Assembly (NCBI GenBank): GCA_026705445.1
Contig: JAPPAR010000011.1
Location: 145,776 to 209,775, forward strand
Reading direction: 5' to 3'
DNA from: Candidatus Dadabacteria bacterium
GTDB lineage: Bacteria > Desulfobacterota_D > UBA1144 > Nemesobacterales > Nemesobacteraceae
DNA: 64,000 bases
Part shown: in pieces, positions 29,348-38,720 of the stretch
How positions within the stretch are numbered: the first letter of the stretch is position 1
Layout: each line of letters starts with the position of its first letter
The notes under the pieces: generated by a model
The model's database searches: none
What the model was told of the DNA's origin: nothing
The model's input: only the letters and a program-made list of their open reading frames with translations
Translations under genes and position numbers: made by a program

Positions 29348-29602
29348 AATATCTCCTCCTGAATTACAATTCTGAAGCAGGTTGTGCCTTTATAAAAGCA
29401 ATTGAGGCTGTAAAAGAATAATCTGGAATCTCTTTGGACAAGTCCAGCGAAACCAGTTCCCGCATTCCCCCACTGCCTTCTTGGGTCTGGAAGCTTCGCC
29501 GGATAATGCAAAACCCCGGAATATCTCCACAGTCTCATATAACTTACTCTCTATATCCCATTTTTACATACAGTTACGATAAAGTAAACTCCTGAGGTTC
29601 CC

Positions 29603-30340
29603 ATGTCGGAAAACATAATCGAAATGACGGATGTGTGTAAGTCCTTTGACGGAAAGATTGTTCACAGGGGAATAAATCTTTCCGTAAGAAGCGGAGAGAT
29701 CATTACCGTCTTGGGGGAGAGCGGAGTCGGGAAAAGCGTTTTGCTAAAAGAGATAAACGGTCTCGTTAAACCCGACAGCGGAAAGGTCGTGGTTCTGGGA
29801 GAGGATACGGTGCAGATGGACGAGAAGCAGCTTGTCAAAATAAGAAAGGAGACGGGCATGCTGTTTCAGGGCTCCGCCCTTTTTGACTCGCTTACCGTAG
29901 AGGAGAATATAGCTTATCCCCTGATTGAAAATTCAGATCTTTCCCCCGAGGAGATAAAAAAAGCGGTCGCACGAAACCTTGAACTGGTCGATCTTCCGGG
30001 AATCGAAGACAAGTACCCTGGGGAACTGAGCGGAGGGATGAAAAAAAGGGTGGCTCTTGCAAGAGCGATCGCCACCCGCCCGAGGATTCTTCTCTACGAC
30101 GAGCCCACGACCGGTCTTGATCCTCCCAATATAAAAAGGATCGCCAAACTGATAAAGAACATGAGAGACCGGCTCAGGATAACCGGGGTCGTAATTACCC
30201 ACGACATAGGCACCGCCTACGAGGTTTCTGACAGGATAGCGTTTCTTTACGAGGGAGAAATTGTGTTCACGGGAACTGTGCCCGAGGCCCGCGAGAGCAA
30301 CATTTCCACATTCAGGAATTTTCTCGATAGCAAGATGTAG
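29603..30340 (+). CDS. ABC transporter ATP-binding protein (MlaF-like)
   Basis: Walker A is GESGVGKS, the ABC signature is LSGGMKKRV and Walker B is LLYDEPTTGLD. Confidence 0.85.
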   Translation: MSENIIEMTDVCKSFDGKIVHRGINLSVRSGEIITVLGESGVGKSVLLKEINGLVKPDSGKVVVLGEDTVQMDEKQLVKIRKETGMLFQGSALFDSLTVEENIAYPLIENSDLSPEEIKKAVARNLELVDLPGIEDKYPGELSGGMKKRVALARAIATRPRILLYDEPTTGLDPPNIKRIAKLIKNMRDRLRITGVVITHDIGTAYEVSDRIAFLYEGEIVFTGTVPEARESNISTFRNFLDSKM

Positions 30341-30419
30341 AGGCATTAAAACCGGATTCGATCGGAGTAACTGCACCAACTCTTGAGTTCCAAGAGCGGA
30401 AAGGAGCTTTTCCAAAGAA

Positions 30420-30908
30420 TTATGGTTTCGGTGGATCCGGGCTTAGGCACGCTGAAGCCATGGCTGCTATACCTTCTTTTCTTCCTGTAAAACCCAAGCC
30501 TTCGGCCGAAGTTCCCTTTACGTTTATGGCATCGCTCGAAATTCCCAGGGCATCGGCGATTTTCTCCTCCATAGCGGATGAGTGAGGAGAAATTCTTGGC
30601 TCCTCGCACACCACCGTGCAATCAATATTTTCTATGCGGTAGCCCTTGCCTGCCATCATCCGGGCGACTCGGGAGAGAATTGAGAGGCTTGAAGCATCCT
30701 TGTATTTTGGGTCGTTCGGCGGAAAATGTTTTCCTAGGTCTCCCTCGCCGATAGCTCCCAAAATAGCGTCAGCAACCGCGTGGGAAAGCACGTCAGCGTC
30801 GGAATGACCGGCAAGCCCCCGGCAGCCCTGAATCTCAACGCCGCCCAGTATGAGCGCTCTTTCCTCGCAAAACGCGTGCGCGTCAAACCCCGTTCCTATT
30901 CTGTACAT
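30420..30908 (-). CDS. ispF: 2-C-methyl-D-erythritol 2,4-cyclodiphosphate synthase
   Basis: The pattern is RIGTGFDAHAF...GHSDADVLSHA. Confidence 0.9.
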   Translation of the reverse strand: MYRIGTGFDAHAFCEERALILGGVEIQGCRGLAGHSDADVLSHAVADAILGAIGEGDLGKHFPPNDPKYKDASSLSILSRVARMMAGKGYRIENIDCTVVCEEPRISPHSSAMEEKIADALGISSDAINVKGTSAEGLGFTGRKEGIAAMASACLSPDPPKP

Positions 30909-31611
30909 TGACCACTTCTCCTTTGCTTACGATAAGCTGAGCTATTTTGAAATCGGCTGCGGTTGTGATTTTTATGTTAAGGTCGTCTCCCGCTGCCACG
31001 CTTACCCTTATTCCCTTCGCTTCGGCAAGCGCCGATTCGTCGGTCGCGTCAAGATCTGCGATGCCGTCTGAGCAATAGATTTCCGCGAGTATCTCCCGGC
31101 GAAAAGCCTGCGGAGTCTGGGCTCTCCAGAGTTTCTCCCTTGGAACCGTTTCCGAAATAAACGGTCCGGGCTCATGCGCCCGCTTCAACGTGTCCGTAAC
31201 GGGAACGGCGCATATGCAAGCGCCTGTGCGGGCGCAGCCCTCTATGACTCTTTTGATCGTGTCATTATCAACGAAAGGTCTCGCAGCGTCGTGAATTAGC
31301 ACCATGTCACTGTCCGGGGGTGTGGCGCGAAAACCGTTTCTTACGGATACATGCCTTTTTTCGCCCCCGGCGACTACCGAGGTGATTTTTTCAAACCCGA
31401 AGCTCTCGAGCAGTTCCCTTGAGCGCGAAATTTCGTCCTCGGGCACTACGACCACTACGCTTGTTATGAGTCCGCTCGACTCGAAAGTCGAAAGGCAGTA
31501 GGTAAGAAGAGGTTTTCCGCCGAGTGCGGCGAACTGCTTTTTCCCATGAGTGGAGAATCTTTTAGAAAGACCGGCGGCCGCCACTATGGCTGAGACTTTT
31601 GGGGTACTCAC
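30883..31611 (-). CDS. ispD: 2-C-methyl-D-erythritol 4-phosphate cytidylyltransferase
   Basis: The N-terminus is VSAIVAAAGLSKRF. It overlaps ispF by 26 nt. Confidence 0.9.
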   Translation of the reverse strand: MSTPKVSAIVAAAGLSKRFSTHGKKQFAALGGKPLLTYCLSTFESSGLITSVVVVVPEDEISRSRELLESFGFEKITSVVAGGEKRHVSVRNGFRATPPDSDMVLIHDAARPFVDNDTIKRVIEGCARTGACICAVPVTDTLKRAHEPGPFISETVPREKLWRAQTPQAFRREILAEIYCSDGIADLDATDESALAEAKGIRVSVAAGDDLNIKITTAADFKIAQLIVSKGEVVNVQNRNGV

Positions 31612-31615
31612 GGGG

Positions 31616-32602
31616 TCAGCCCTCTTTTTTCAGTTTTGCGAAAACTATCCTTCCGGTCGGTGTCTGAACCATGCTTCTCACTGAAACGTCCACGTCTTTT
31701 CCTATCTGTCTTGAGGCGTTGTCCGTTACCACCATTGTTCCGTCGTCGAGATAGCCGACCGCCTGATGCTGTTCCTTTCCGGGTTTTACGAGGCTTATTT
31801 TTATTGTCTGCCCCTGTTCCACAACAGGTCTCAGAGCGTGGTTCAGGTTGTTTATGTTAAGCACGGTGATTTTCTCGAGATCGGCGATCTTCTTTAGGTT
31901 ATAGTCGTTGGTGACCAGTATACCGTTCAATTTCTTCGAGAGCTCAATGAGTTTTATGTCCGCGTCTTTTATGTGTTCGAAATCATGATCGGTGATGCTG
32001 ACGCTTATCGAGGGGACGTCGTTTTGCATCCTGTTTATAATGTCAAGCCCCCTTCTGCCGCGAGTTTTCCTTGCGGGGTCCGAGGAATCCGCTATGTACT
32101 GAAGTTCCTGGATGATGAATTTGGGTATTATCAGTTCTCCTTGGAGAAATCCCGTTTCGGCGATGTCGGCGATGCGCCCGTCTATTATGACGCTCGTGTC
32201 AAGTATTTTCGGGGCAAGCGCCTCCGGCTGCCTGAAAAACGAATCGGATGCTGTCGTGGCAAGGGATGTTTTGTCAAAACCTATTACCGCGCCCACGCAA
32301 ACGAGAAGCAAGAAGATTCCCGCTTTTACATGGGGAAGCAGGGGCCCGGCTAGCGGAAAGCTGTTAAGGATAGTGAGCAGCGCGAGGTATATGAAAGTGG
32401 CTGTGAGCATTCCGACTGACATTCCGAGTGCCTGGCGAAGCGAGATTTTCCTGAAAAGCATCCGGAAACCCGCAAGAACCACAAAAGCGAATATTCCGCA
32501 GCCGACGGCCGTGAGAACCGAGCGGGAAAGTGAAAGGTAGTCGGGACCGAGGGCAAACGCAGCAAGTGCAAACGCTATGGAAAGTGTAATAGAGAGTCTC
32601 AT
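31616..32602 (-). CDS. PIN/TRAM-domain membrane protein (YacL-like)
   Basis: N-terminal TM helices are followed by a PIN-like domain (ILDTSVIIDGRI) and a C-terminal TRAM-like beta domain. The yacL-ispD-ispF gene order is conserved elsewhere. Confidence 0.7.
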   Translation of the reverse strand: MRLSITLSIAFALAAFALGPDYLSLSRSVLTAVGCGIFAFVVLAGFRMLFRKISLRQALGMSVGMLTATFIYLALLTILNSFPLAGPLLPHVKAGIFLLLVCVGAVIGFDKTSLATTASDSFFRQPEALAPKILDTSVIIDGRIADIAETGFLQGELIIPKFIIQELQYIADSSDPARKTRGRRGLDIINRMQNDVPSISVSITDHDFEHIKDADIKLIELSKKLNGILVTNDYNLKKIADLEKITVLNINNLNHALRPVVEQGQTIKISLVKPGKEQHQAVGYLDDGTMVVTDNASRQIGKDVDVSVRSMVQTPTGRIVFAKLKKEG

Positions 32603-32800
32603 TAATAATCCGGCCCTTCCGAGGGAACAGCTATAGAATATATGAAAGCTTGGGTTTTAACAAGTTCTCCGTTTCGGGCTCGGGGAGACGGTCGGTGGTT
32701 TTTCACCGATTTCTACTGGTCAGTTATAATTACTGCATTCCGGGCGAAATGCACCGTTTTTTTGATTTTCCACACAGCCGGGTTTTCGCGTGGACGAAAC

Positions 32801-33619
32801 ATGATGAAATTCTGCACTCTTGCCAGCGGCAGTTCTGGCAACTCGCTTTATCTTGAGTCGAAATACTCAAAAATACTGATTGACGCGGGGATTAGCTTCC
32901 GAAGGATCTCGCGGAGTCTCGGGGATATGGGTATAGCCGTGACCGATCTTGACGCTGTGGTGCTTTCGCACGAGCACGAGGACCACTCAAGATCTGTCGG
33001 GAGAATGTCCGCAGTGCCTGTTTACGTGTCGGGTGAAACCGTTGGTTTCTGGGAAGGAAAAAGAAACGGACGCAATAACGGAAACGGCGCCAAGGCTTCA
33101 CGTTTGCCCAATGGCGGGATAGAGGAACTGAGGGAATTTGACTCAGAAGAACCGTTTCGTATTAACGATCTTACCCTTACTCCCTTCTCGGTGGCGCACG
33201 ACGCCATCGACCCGGTCGGTTTCACCGTAACCGATGGCCGCGTCAAAGTAGGCATAGTTACCGACATAGGGAAACCCACGGCGCTTGTGAGGGAGAGCCT
33301 TAAAAACTGCGACGCCCTCGTTCTCGAATCGAATCATGACAGGGAAATGCTTTTCTCGGGTTCCTACCCGCCGTACCTCAAGCAGAGAATAAGCGGAGGG
33401 CACGGGCACCTGTCGAATGATCAGTCAGCATCCCTTCTGGGCGATGTTCTGCACGACGGGTTAAAATACGTTCTGCTGGCGCACCTAAGCGCGAGTAACA
33501 ACACTCCCGAGATGGCGCTTGGATGCTCGCTTGAAATTCTGCGCCGAAGAGGCGCTGAAGGCCGTGTCGATTTGGCCGTGGCTCCGCGGAGCGCGGCCGG
33601 GGAGGTTATAACGATTTGA
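32801..33619 (+). CDS. MBL-fold metallo-hydrolase
   Basis: The metal-binding motif HEHEDH is present. I chose the internal ATG at 32801. Confidence 0.75.
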   Translation: MMKFCTLASGSSGNSLYLESKYSKILIDAGISFRRISRSLGDMGIAVTDLDAVVLSHEHEDHSRSVGRMSAVPVYVSGETVGFWEGKRNGRNNGNGAKASRLPNGGIEELREFDSEEPFRINDLTLTPFSVAHDAIDPVGFTVTDGRVKVGIVTDIGKPTALVRESLKNCDALVLESNHDREMLFSGSYPPYLKQRISGGHGHLSNDQSASLLGDVLHDGLKYVLLAHLSASNNTPEMALGCSLEILRRRGAEGRVDLAVAPRSAAGEVITI

Positions 33620-34914
33620 TCTCAAGGTACTCCAGAGAGGAAATGTCGCAGATATGGTCGGATGAGAACCGCTACCGCATCTGGCTCGAAGTGGAGCTCG
33701 CCGTGTGCGAAGCGTGGGCGCACTACGGGGAGATTCCTGACGACTCTTTATCCAGCATAAAGGAAAAAGCCGCCTTTGACGTAGAAAGAATTGCCGAGCT
33801 TGAAAGGGGACTTAAGCACGACGTTCTGGCTTTTCTCACCTGCGTTTCCGAGTACGTAGGAGATGATTCGAGGTTCATTCACCTCGGAATGACTTCTTCA
33901 GATGTTCTTGACACCGCTTTTTCTATACAGCTTCGCAATGCGGGAGGACTGATAGTCGGGGGTCTTGAGAAGTTGCTCGGGATTCTCCGCAAAAAGGCGT
34001 TTGACTACAAGGATACTCAGATGATCGGGCGCTCCCACGGCATACACGCCGAACCCAGAACTCTGGGCTTGGTGTTTGCCCTGTGGTATGACGAGATGAG
34101 AAGGAACCTTGAGAGAATGAATTCAGCGCGGGACGCCGTGAGCGTGGGGATGATGTCGGGCGCCGTCGGCACTTACGCCAACATAACTCCGGAGGTTGAG
34201 CGTTACGCGTGCGAGCTGCTTGGGCTCCGTCCTGCGGGGATATCGACGCAGGTGATACAAAGAGACATTTACGCGCAGTATTTTCTCTGTCTTTCTCTCA
34301 TGGCGGCTTCGGTGGAGAAAATTGCTACCGAGATAAGACATTACCAGAGAACCGAGGTAGGAGAGATGGAAGAACCTTTTACCGAGGGGCAGAAAGGGTC
34401 TTCCGCAATGCCGCACAAGAGAAACCCTGTGCTTTCGGAAAACCTCTGCGGACTCTCAAGGATAGTAAGGTCCCACTCTGCCGCGGCTCTTGAAAACATA
34501 GCCCTCTGGCACGAAAGGGACATAAGTCACTCCTCCGTCGAGAGGGTCATAGGTCCCGACGGAACAATACTTGTTGATTTCATGCTTGAGAGGCTCTGCG
34601 GCCTGATCGAGGGCCTGCGGGTCTATCCCGACAAGCTCGAGAGCAACATCTGGATTACCCAGGGACTTGTTTTTTCCCAGAAGGTTCTCCTTAAGCTTGT
34701 AAAAGAGGGTCTTTCAAGGGAGGAGGCCTACTTGCTTGTGCAGCGAAACGCCATGGAGTGCTGGGAGGGAAAAAAGGATTTCCGGGATTTGCTGAAAACC
34801 GACTTGCAGATAACGGGTATCCTTTCGGATGAAGAGATCGATTCGTGTTTTGAACTTGAAGAAGATCTAAAAAACATAGACCATATCTTCGCCACCGTTT
34901 TCGGCGAATCATAA
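33616..34914 (+). CDS. purB: adenylosuccinate lyase
   Basis: It has fumarate-lyase family signatures and a typical PurB N-terminus (RYSREEMSQIWSDENRY). Confidence 0.95.
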   Translation: MISRYSREEMSQIWSDENRYRIWLEVELAVCEAWAHYGEIPDDSLSSIKEKAAFDVERIAELERGLKHDVLAFLTCVSEYVGDDSRFIHLGMTSSDVLDTAFSIQLRNAGGLIVGGLEKLLGILRKKAFDYKDTQMIGRSHGIHAEPRTLGLVFALWYDEMRRNLERMNSARDAVSVGMMSGAVGTYANITPEVERYACELLGLRPAGISTQVIQRDIYAQYFLCLSLMAASVEKIATEIRHYQRTEVGEMEEPFTEGQKGSSAMPHKRNPVLSENLCGLSRIVRSHSAAALENIALWHERDISHSSVERVIGPDGTILVDFMLERLCGLIEGLRVYPDKLESNIWITQGLVFSQKVLLKLVKEGLSREEAYLLVQRNAMECWEGKKDFRDLLKTDLQITGILSDEEIDSCFELEEDLKNIDHIFATVFGES

Positions 34915-34935
34915 CTGGCAAGGAGCTTCCACAAT

Positions 34936-35979
34936 ATGAGAAAAGAAGTATTCTCCCGAAAGGCGAGAGAATCTGTTTTTGCGACGGCTGTTTTAGCGAT
35001 CCTGGCAGCGGTTTTTCTTTCCCCCACGAGTCTATTCGCACTCGATAACATTGACCCCGGGAAACTCGAGTACCACTTCAAGAACCGCTATGGGGTTTAT
35101 CTTCCAGCTGGCTTTACGGTAAAGGCGGTTAAGGGGGAAGATTCTGAGATGAAGGGATTCAAGAAGGGCAAATACGAAGTCGGATTTTCTGACGGCAAAA
35201 ACCGGAGCTTCCCGTTTCTTGTAAGTCGTGACGGGAATTTTTTGATAATGGGCAACGTGTCCATCGTAAAGGTGAATGAGATGAAGGAGACGGGTGTTCC
35301 GGGAGTCAGGCAAGGGTTTATTGCCTCGGAAGGCGGACAGGTTCCCATCCTGGTTTCAGGAGACCGCAAAACAATAATGGTCGGCAGGCTTGAAAATCTC
35401 GACAAAGATCCAGCAGCCGAGGCAGCCCAGAAGATCTCTCTTGAGAATGTTCCTTCAAAAGGAAATCCTGATGCCCCGATAACCGTGGTTGAGTACTCGG
35501 ATTTTCAATGTGGCTACTGTGCCAGGGCAGCAACCGAGGTCGAAGACTTTCTCAAGGACTACCAGGGCAAAGTCAGATTGTTTTACAAGCAGTTCCCGCT
35601 TTCGTTTCACAAGTGGGCCGAGGATGCCTCAATCGCCTCTCTTTGCGTGTACGACCAGGCAAACGACAAATTCTGGGAGCTCCATGACACCATTTTCGAA
35701 AAGCAGGGTGAAATAAAGGTTGCCGACGCCAAAGAGACCTTTGCGGAGATGGCGCGCAAACTCGGTGTCGATATGAAAAAATACAATCAGTGCGTTGAAT
35801 CCGAGGAAACCAAGCGAAGGGTCGCTTCGGAAATGGATGAGGGCAAATCGATCGGGGTAAGCGGCACTCCGACATTCGTGGTTGACGGCTTCGTGATTTC
35901 GGGAGGGGCCAACATGAAAGCGATTAGAAACGCCGTGGATTATCGACTTTCCCTGAAGTCTGAAAGTTCTGGGATGTAG
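34936..35979 (+). CDS. DsbA-family thiol:disulfide oxidoreductase with an N-terminal extra domain
   Basis: A signal peptide is present. The thioredoxin-fold CxxC is VVEYSDFQCGYCA. Confidence 0.8.
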   Translation: MRKEVFSRKARESVFATAVLAILAAVFLSPTSLFALDNIDPGKLEYHFKNRYGVYLPAGFTVKAVKGEDSEMKGFKKGKYEVGFSDGKNRSFPFLVSRDGNFLIMGNVSIVKVNEMKETGVPGVRQGFIASEGGQVPILVSGDRKTIMVGRLENLDKDPAAEAAQKISLENVPSKGNPDAPITVVEYSDFQCGYCARAATEVEDFLKDYQGKVRLFYKQFPLSFHKWAEDASIASLCVYDQANDKFWELHDTIFEKQGEIKVADAKETFAEMARKLGVDMKKYNQCVESEETKRRVASEMDEGKSIGVSGTPTFVVDGFVISGGANMKAIRNAVDYRLSLKSESSGM

Positions 35980-35998
35980 CTTCGGCGGGGTTCCCACC

Positions 35999-36787
35999 AT
36001 GAAATGTCCTGAGTGCGGCTACACGAGCTTTGATTATCTTGAGGAGTGCAAGAAATGCGGGGCCGCCCTGTCTCCCGTACCTATTTTCAAGTATCTCTAT
36101 GAAGACGAGTTGAGCACGGAGGTGGTTATTGACAGGAGCGTGCAGCCCGTTGCCGACGATGTTCTAGCCGGGGTCAAGACAGTTGGGGCGACATTTGAAC
36201 TCAGCCCTGCGAGCGATCATCAATACGAAGGGTTGCCCGAGGGCGAACTTGAGGATTTTCTTGTCTTTGAAAGAGATCTGGGCGAGGAGACCGCGGAACA
36301 AGAAGAGCAGCAGGAGCAGGAAGAGCAAATAGAAAAAGAGAGTCCACCGTCCCTGCCCCAAGGGATGGTTCCCGCGGCCTTCGGGGAGAGACTTTTCGCA
36401 TTTTCCGTCGATCTCCTGTTTACTCTTTGCGTTGCCGCAGCCGCGCTCTTCTCGGGGGCGAATCTCATCGGAGAAACTTTTTTCCCGGGCTTCGGAGAAT
36501 TTGTTTCCATATGGGGGTGGATATGTCTTTCTGCTTACGTGCTGGCGACCACATATTTCATTTTTCTTCCCTCCTGGTGCGGGACGACTCTTGGAAACTC
36601 GGTTGCGGGTATCCGCGTGGTGATGCGGGACGGCTCTGCTGCCGGGTTTCAGACGAATTTGCTCAGGTGGGTCGGCTGGATTTTTTCTGTGGCTACTGTT
36701 TTCGCGGGTTTTGCGCTCTCAATACTTGACCCGCAACGTAAGACTTTCAGCGACCGTCTCTGCGGAACTTTCGTCGTGAAGGCCTGA
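35999..36787 (+). CDS. RDD-family membrane protein with an N-terminal zinc ribbon
   Basis: The N-terminus is CPECGY...CKKCG. An acidic linker is followed by C-terminal TM helices of RDD type. Confidence 0.65.
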   Translation: MKCPECGYTSFDYLEECKKCGAALSPVPIFKYLYEDELSTEVVIDRSVQPVADDVLAGVKTVGATFELSPASDHQYEGLPEGELEDFLVFERDLGEETAEQEEQQEQEEQIEKESPPSLPQGMVPAAFGERLFAFSVDLLFTLCVAAAALFSGANLIGETFFPGFGEFVSIWGWICLSAYVLATTYFIFLPSWCGTTLGNSVAGIRVVMRDGSAAGFQTNLLRWVGWIFSVATVFAGFALSILDPQRKTFSDRLCGTFVVKA

Positions 36788-36798
36788 TCTGGCGTACG

Positions 36799-38019
36799 AT
36801 GCTTATAGAGCAGCTTGAAAGAAATATCGCTAGCAAACGCGGGGAGATTTCCCGCTGGATAGAGTTCCATTGCGAAAAGGTCATGGTACCGCTTTACAGT
36901 TCCGTTGACCTGCGTTTCTCCGAGCATAAGATTGCCCCTATAGACACCAATGTTTTTCCCGCAGGCTTTAACAACCTTTCTGCGGGATTCAGGAAAAATG
37001 CGGGAAAGCTCTTCAGGGAATATCTTTTTTCCAGGTACCCGAGTGCCGAAAAAATCCTTTTGGTTCCCGAGCTCAATACCAAAAACGCCTATTACTGGGA
37101 AAATGTCTGGGTAATAAAGTCCGTTTTGGAGGATGTGGGCTACGAGGTGTGCGTCGGCATTGCGAACGAGGAATTTCGAAGGGAAACTGTCTCGTTCAGT
37201 TCGGCAAGCGGTCAGGTAATCGAGGCGAAGCGGGTTTTTCAGGAAGAGGGCTCGGCGATGATAGATGGATTCGTGCCCGATATCATAATGATAAACAACG
37301 ATTTTTCGGAGAAGTGTCCGAAAACCCTGCACAATTTGCGCCAGCCCGTCTTACCGCCCGTTGAAATAGGGTGGCATGCGAGAAAAAAGGACGTGCATTT
37401 TGAGTTCTATAACCGTCTCTGCAGCGAACTTGCCGACATACTGGAAGTGGACCCCTGGGTGATGTCGGTTGAAACTGTTTTGGAAACCGGAGTGGATTTT
37501 GATTTCCCCGAGGACAGGGAGCGGGTTTCCCAGAAAGCCGGAGAAATTCTCTCAAGGGTTAGAGAAGAATATTCGAAAAGAGACATAGACCACGAACCCT
37601 CGCTTTTCGTCAAGAGCAATTCAGGCACCTACGGCATGGCAGTTTCGAGCTTCAGCGACCCGCGGAGCATAGCGGAGATGAACTCGCGCGACCGCAAGAG
37701 GATGCGGGTTTCGAAGGGAGGAGTGCCGGTTAGGGACGTGGTAATACAGGAGTGTGTACCGACCTCGCTTCGCGTCGGGGAAGATTTTGTCGGTGAACCG
37801 GTTGTTTACCTTGTTCAGTCCCAAGTGGCAGGGATGTTCTACAGGGTTAACCCCATTCGAGGCGAACTTGAAAATCTTAACTCAAAGGGGATGGAATTTC
37901 TTCCGTACGATGACTCCTTAGCAAACGGCATCTCTCCGGCATTTGATCTTGTCTGCAAGGTTGCTACTATCGCCGCGGGCTACGAGATAGAAAAAGTGCT
38001 TAGGGACGTGGATTGCTGA
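36799..38019 (+). CDS. putative glutamate-cysteine ligase-like / ATP-grasp-like enzyme
   Basis: The LYSSVDLRFSEHKIAPIDTNVFPAGFNNL and FVKSNSGTYGMAV motifs resemble the GshA-type family from memory. I cannot verify this without a search. Confidence 0.4.
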   Translation: MLIEQLERNIASKRGEISRWIEFHCEKVMVPLYSSVDLRFSEHKIAPIDTNVFPAGFNNLSAGFRKNAGKLFREYLFSRYPSAEKILLVPELNTKNAYYWENVWVIKSVLEDVGYEVCVGIANEEFRRETVSFSSASGQVIEAKRVFQEEGSAMIDGFVPDIIMINNDFSEKCPKTLHNLRQPVLPPVEIGWHARKKDVHFEFYNRLCSELADILEVDPWVMSVETVLETGVDFDFPEDRERVSQKAGEILSRVREEYSKRDIDHEPSLFVKSNSGTYGMAVSSFSDPRSIAEMNSRDRKRMRVSKGGVPVRDVVIQECVPTSLRVGEDFVGEPVVYLVQSQVAGMFYRVNPIRGELENLNSKGMEFLPYDDSLANGISPAFDLVCKVATIAAGYEIEKVLRDVDC

Positions 38020-38049
38020 GATGTGCGGTTATGCTTTAAGCGGGGAAGG

Positions 38050-38433
38050 TTAAAGTGCTGGGTCCAATATATGTTGTTTTAAAGAAACATCAACAGAATT
38101 TTTATCCTTCTTCGATAAACATCCTAGTCGTCTGATAATCATCGATTTTTCTAACGTAAAGAGTTTTAAGCGCACTACCGACGGCACTGCTAAATTGGCG
38201 TCGGCGGGGTCTTTGAGTTTGATATCGCTTTGCCAAGAACTACGCTTGGCGGTTGTGACCATCGCTAAAATCAATTGATCGTGGTTTTCATTGAACTCTT
38301 CGGATGATATAACCAAAGCGGGCCTGCGCTTTTTAACAGAAGAATCGGTAAAGGGGAAAGAAACAACTACAATATCATGGGGTTTAAAGGTTACGCCATG
38401 CATCTTCATCCTCATCTGATAGCCATTCCTCAA
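38050..38433 (-). CDS. MazF/PemK-family toxin (mRNA interferase)
   Basis: The pattern DIVVVSFPFTDSSVKKRRPALVIS matches PemK/MazF. The true start is probably one of the internal Met (M7/M9/M11), and it overlaps the upstream antitoxin. Confidence 0.7.
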   Translation of the reverse strand: MRNGYQMRMKMHGVTFKPHDIVVVSFPFTDSSVKKRRPALVISSEEFNENHDQLILAMVTTAKRSSWQSDIKLKDPADANLAVPSVVRLKLFTLEKSMIIRRLGCLSKKDKNSVDVSLKQHILDPAL

Positions 38434-38608
38434 GGTTTGAAGAAATGCTATCCAAATAAGTGTCTTTAGTGGGCTTGAGCTTGGTTACAATAACACGGTC
38501 TCCGTCTAACTCGAAAACAAGCTTGTCACCTGTTTTAAAGTGTGCGGCCTTACGCAATCCATGAGGAATAGTGACTTGGCCTTTCGAAGTGATTTTGGAA
38601 ATTTCCAC
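38384..38608 (-). CDS. AbrB/MazE/SpoVT-family antitoxin
   Basis: The start is GTG behind GGAGG. The ISKITSKGQVTIPHGLRKAAHFKTGDKLVFELDGDRVIV stretch is a swapped-hairpin (SpoVT/AbrB) domain. The acidic C-terminus is typical of antitoxins. Confidence 0.7.
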   Translation of the reverse strand: MEISKITSKGQVTIPHGLRKAAHFKTGDKLVFELDGDRVIVTKLKPTKDTYLDSISSNLEEWLSDEDEDAWRNL

Positions 38609-38720
38609 AACAACGTACCTCCTTACATGTAAGGATAACAAGGAAGCGAAAATATGCAAGGACATCGAAAACAGTACGACACTACTGAAATGGTAGCAGC
38701 AGTCTCGCCTCCAAGGCTGG

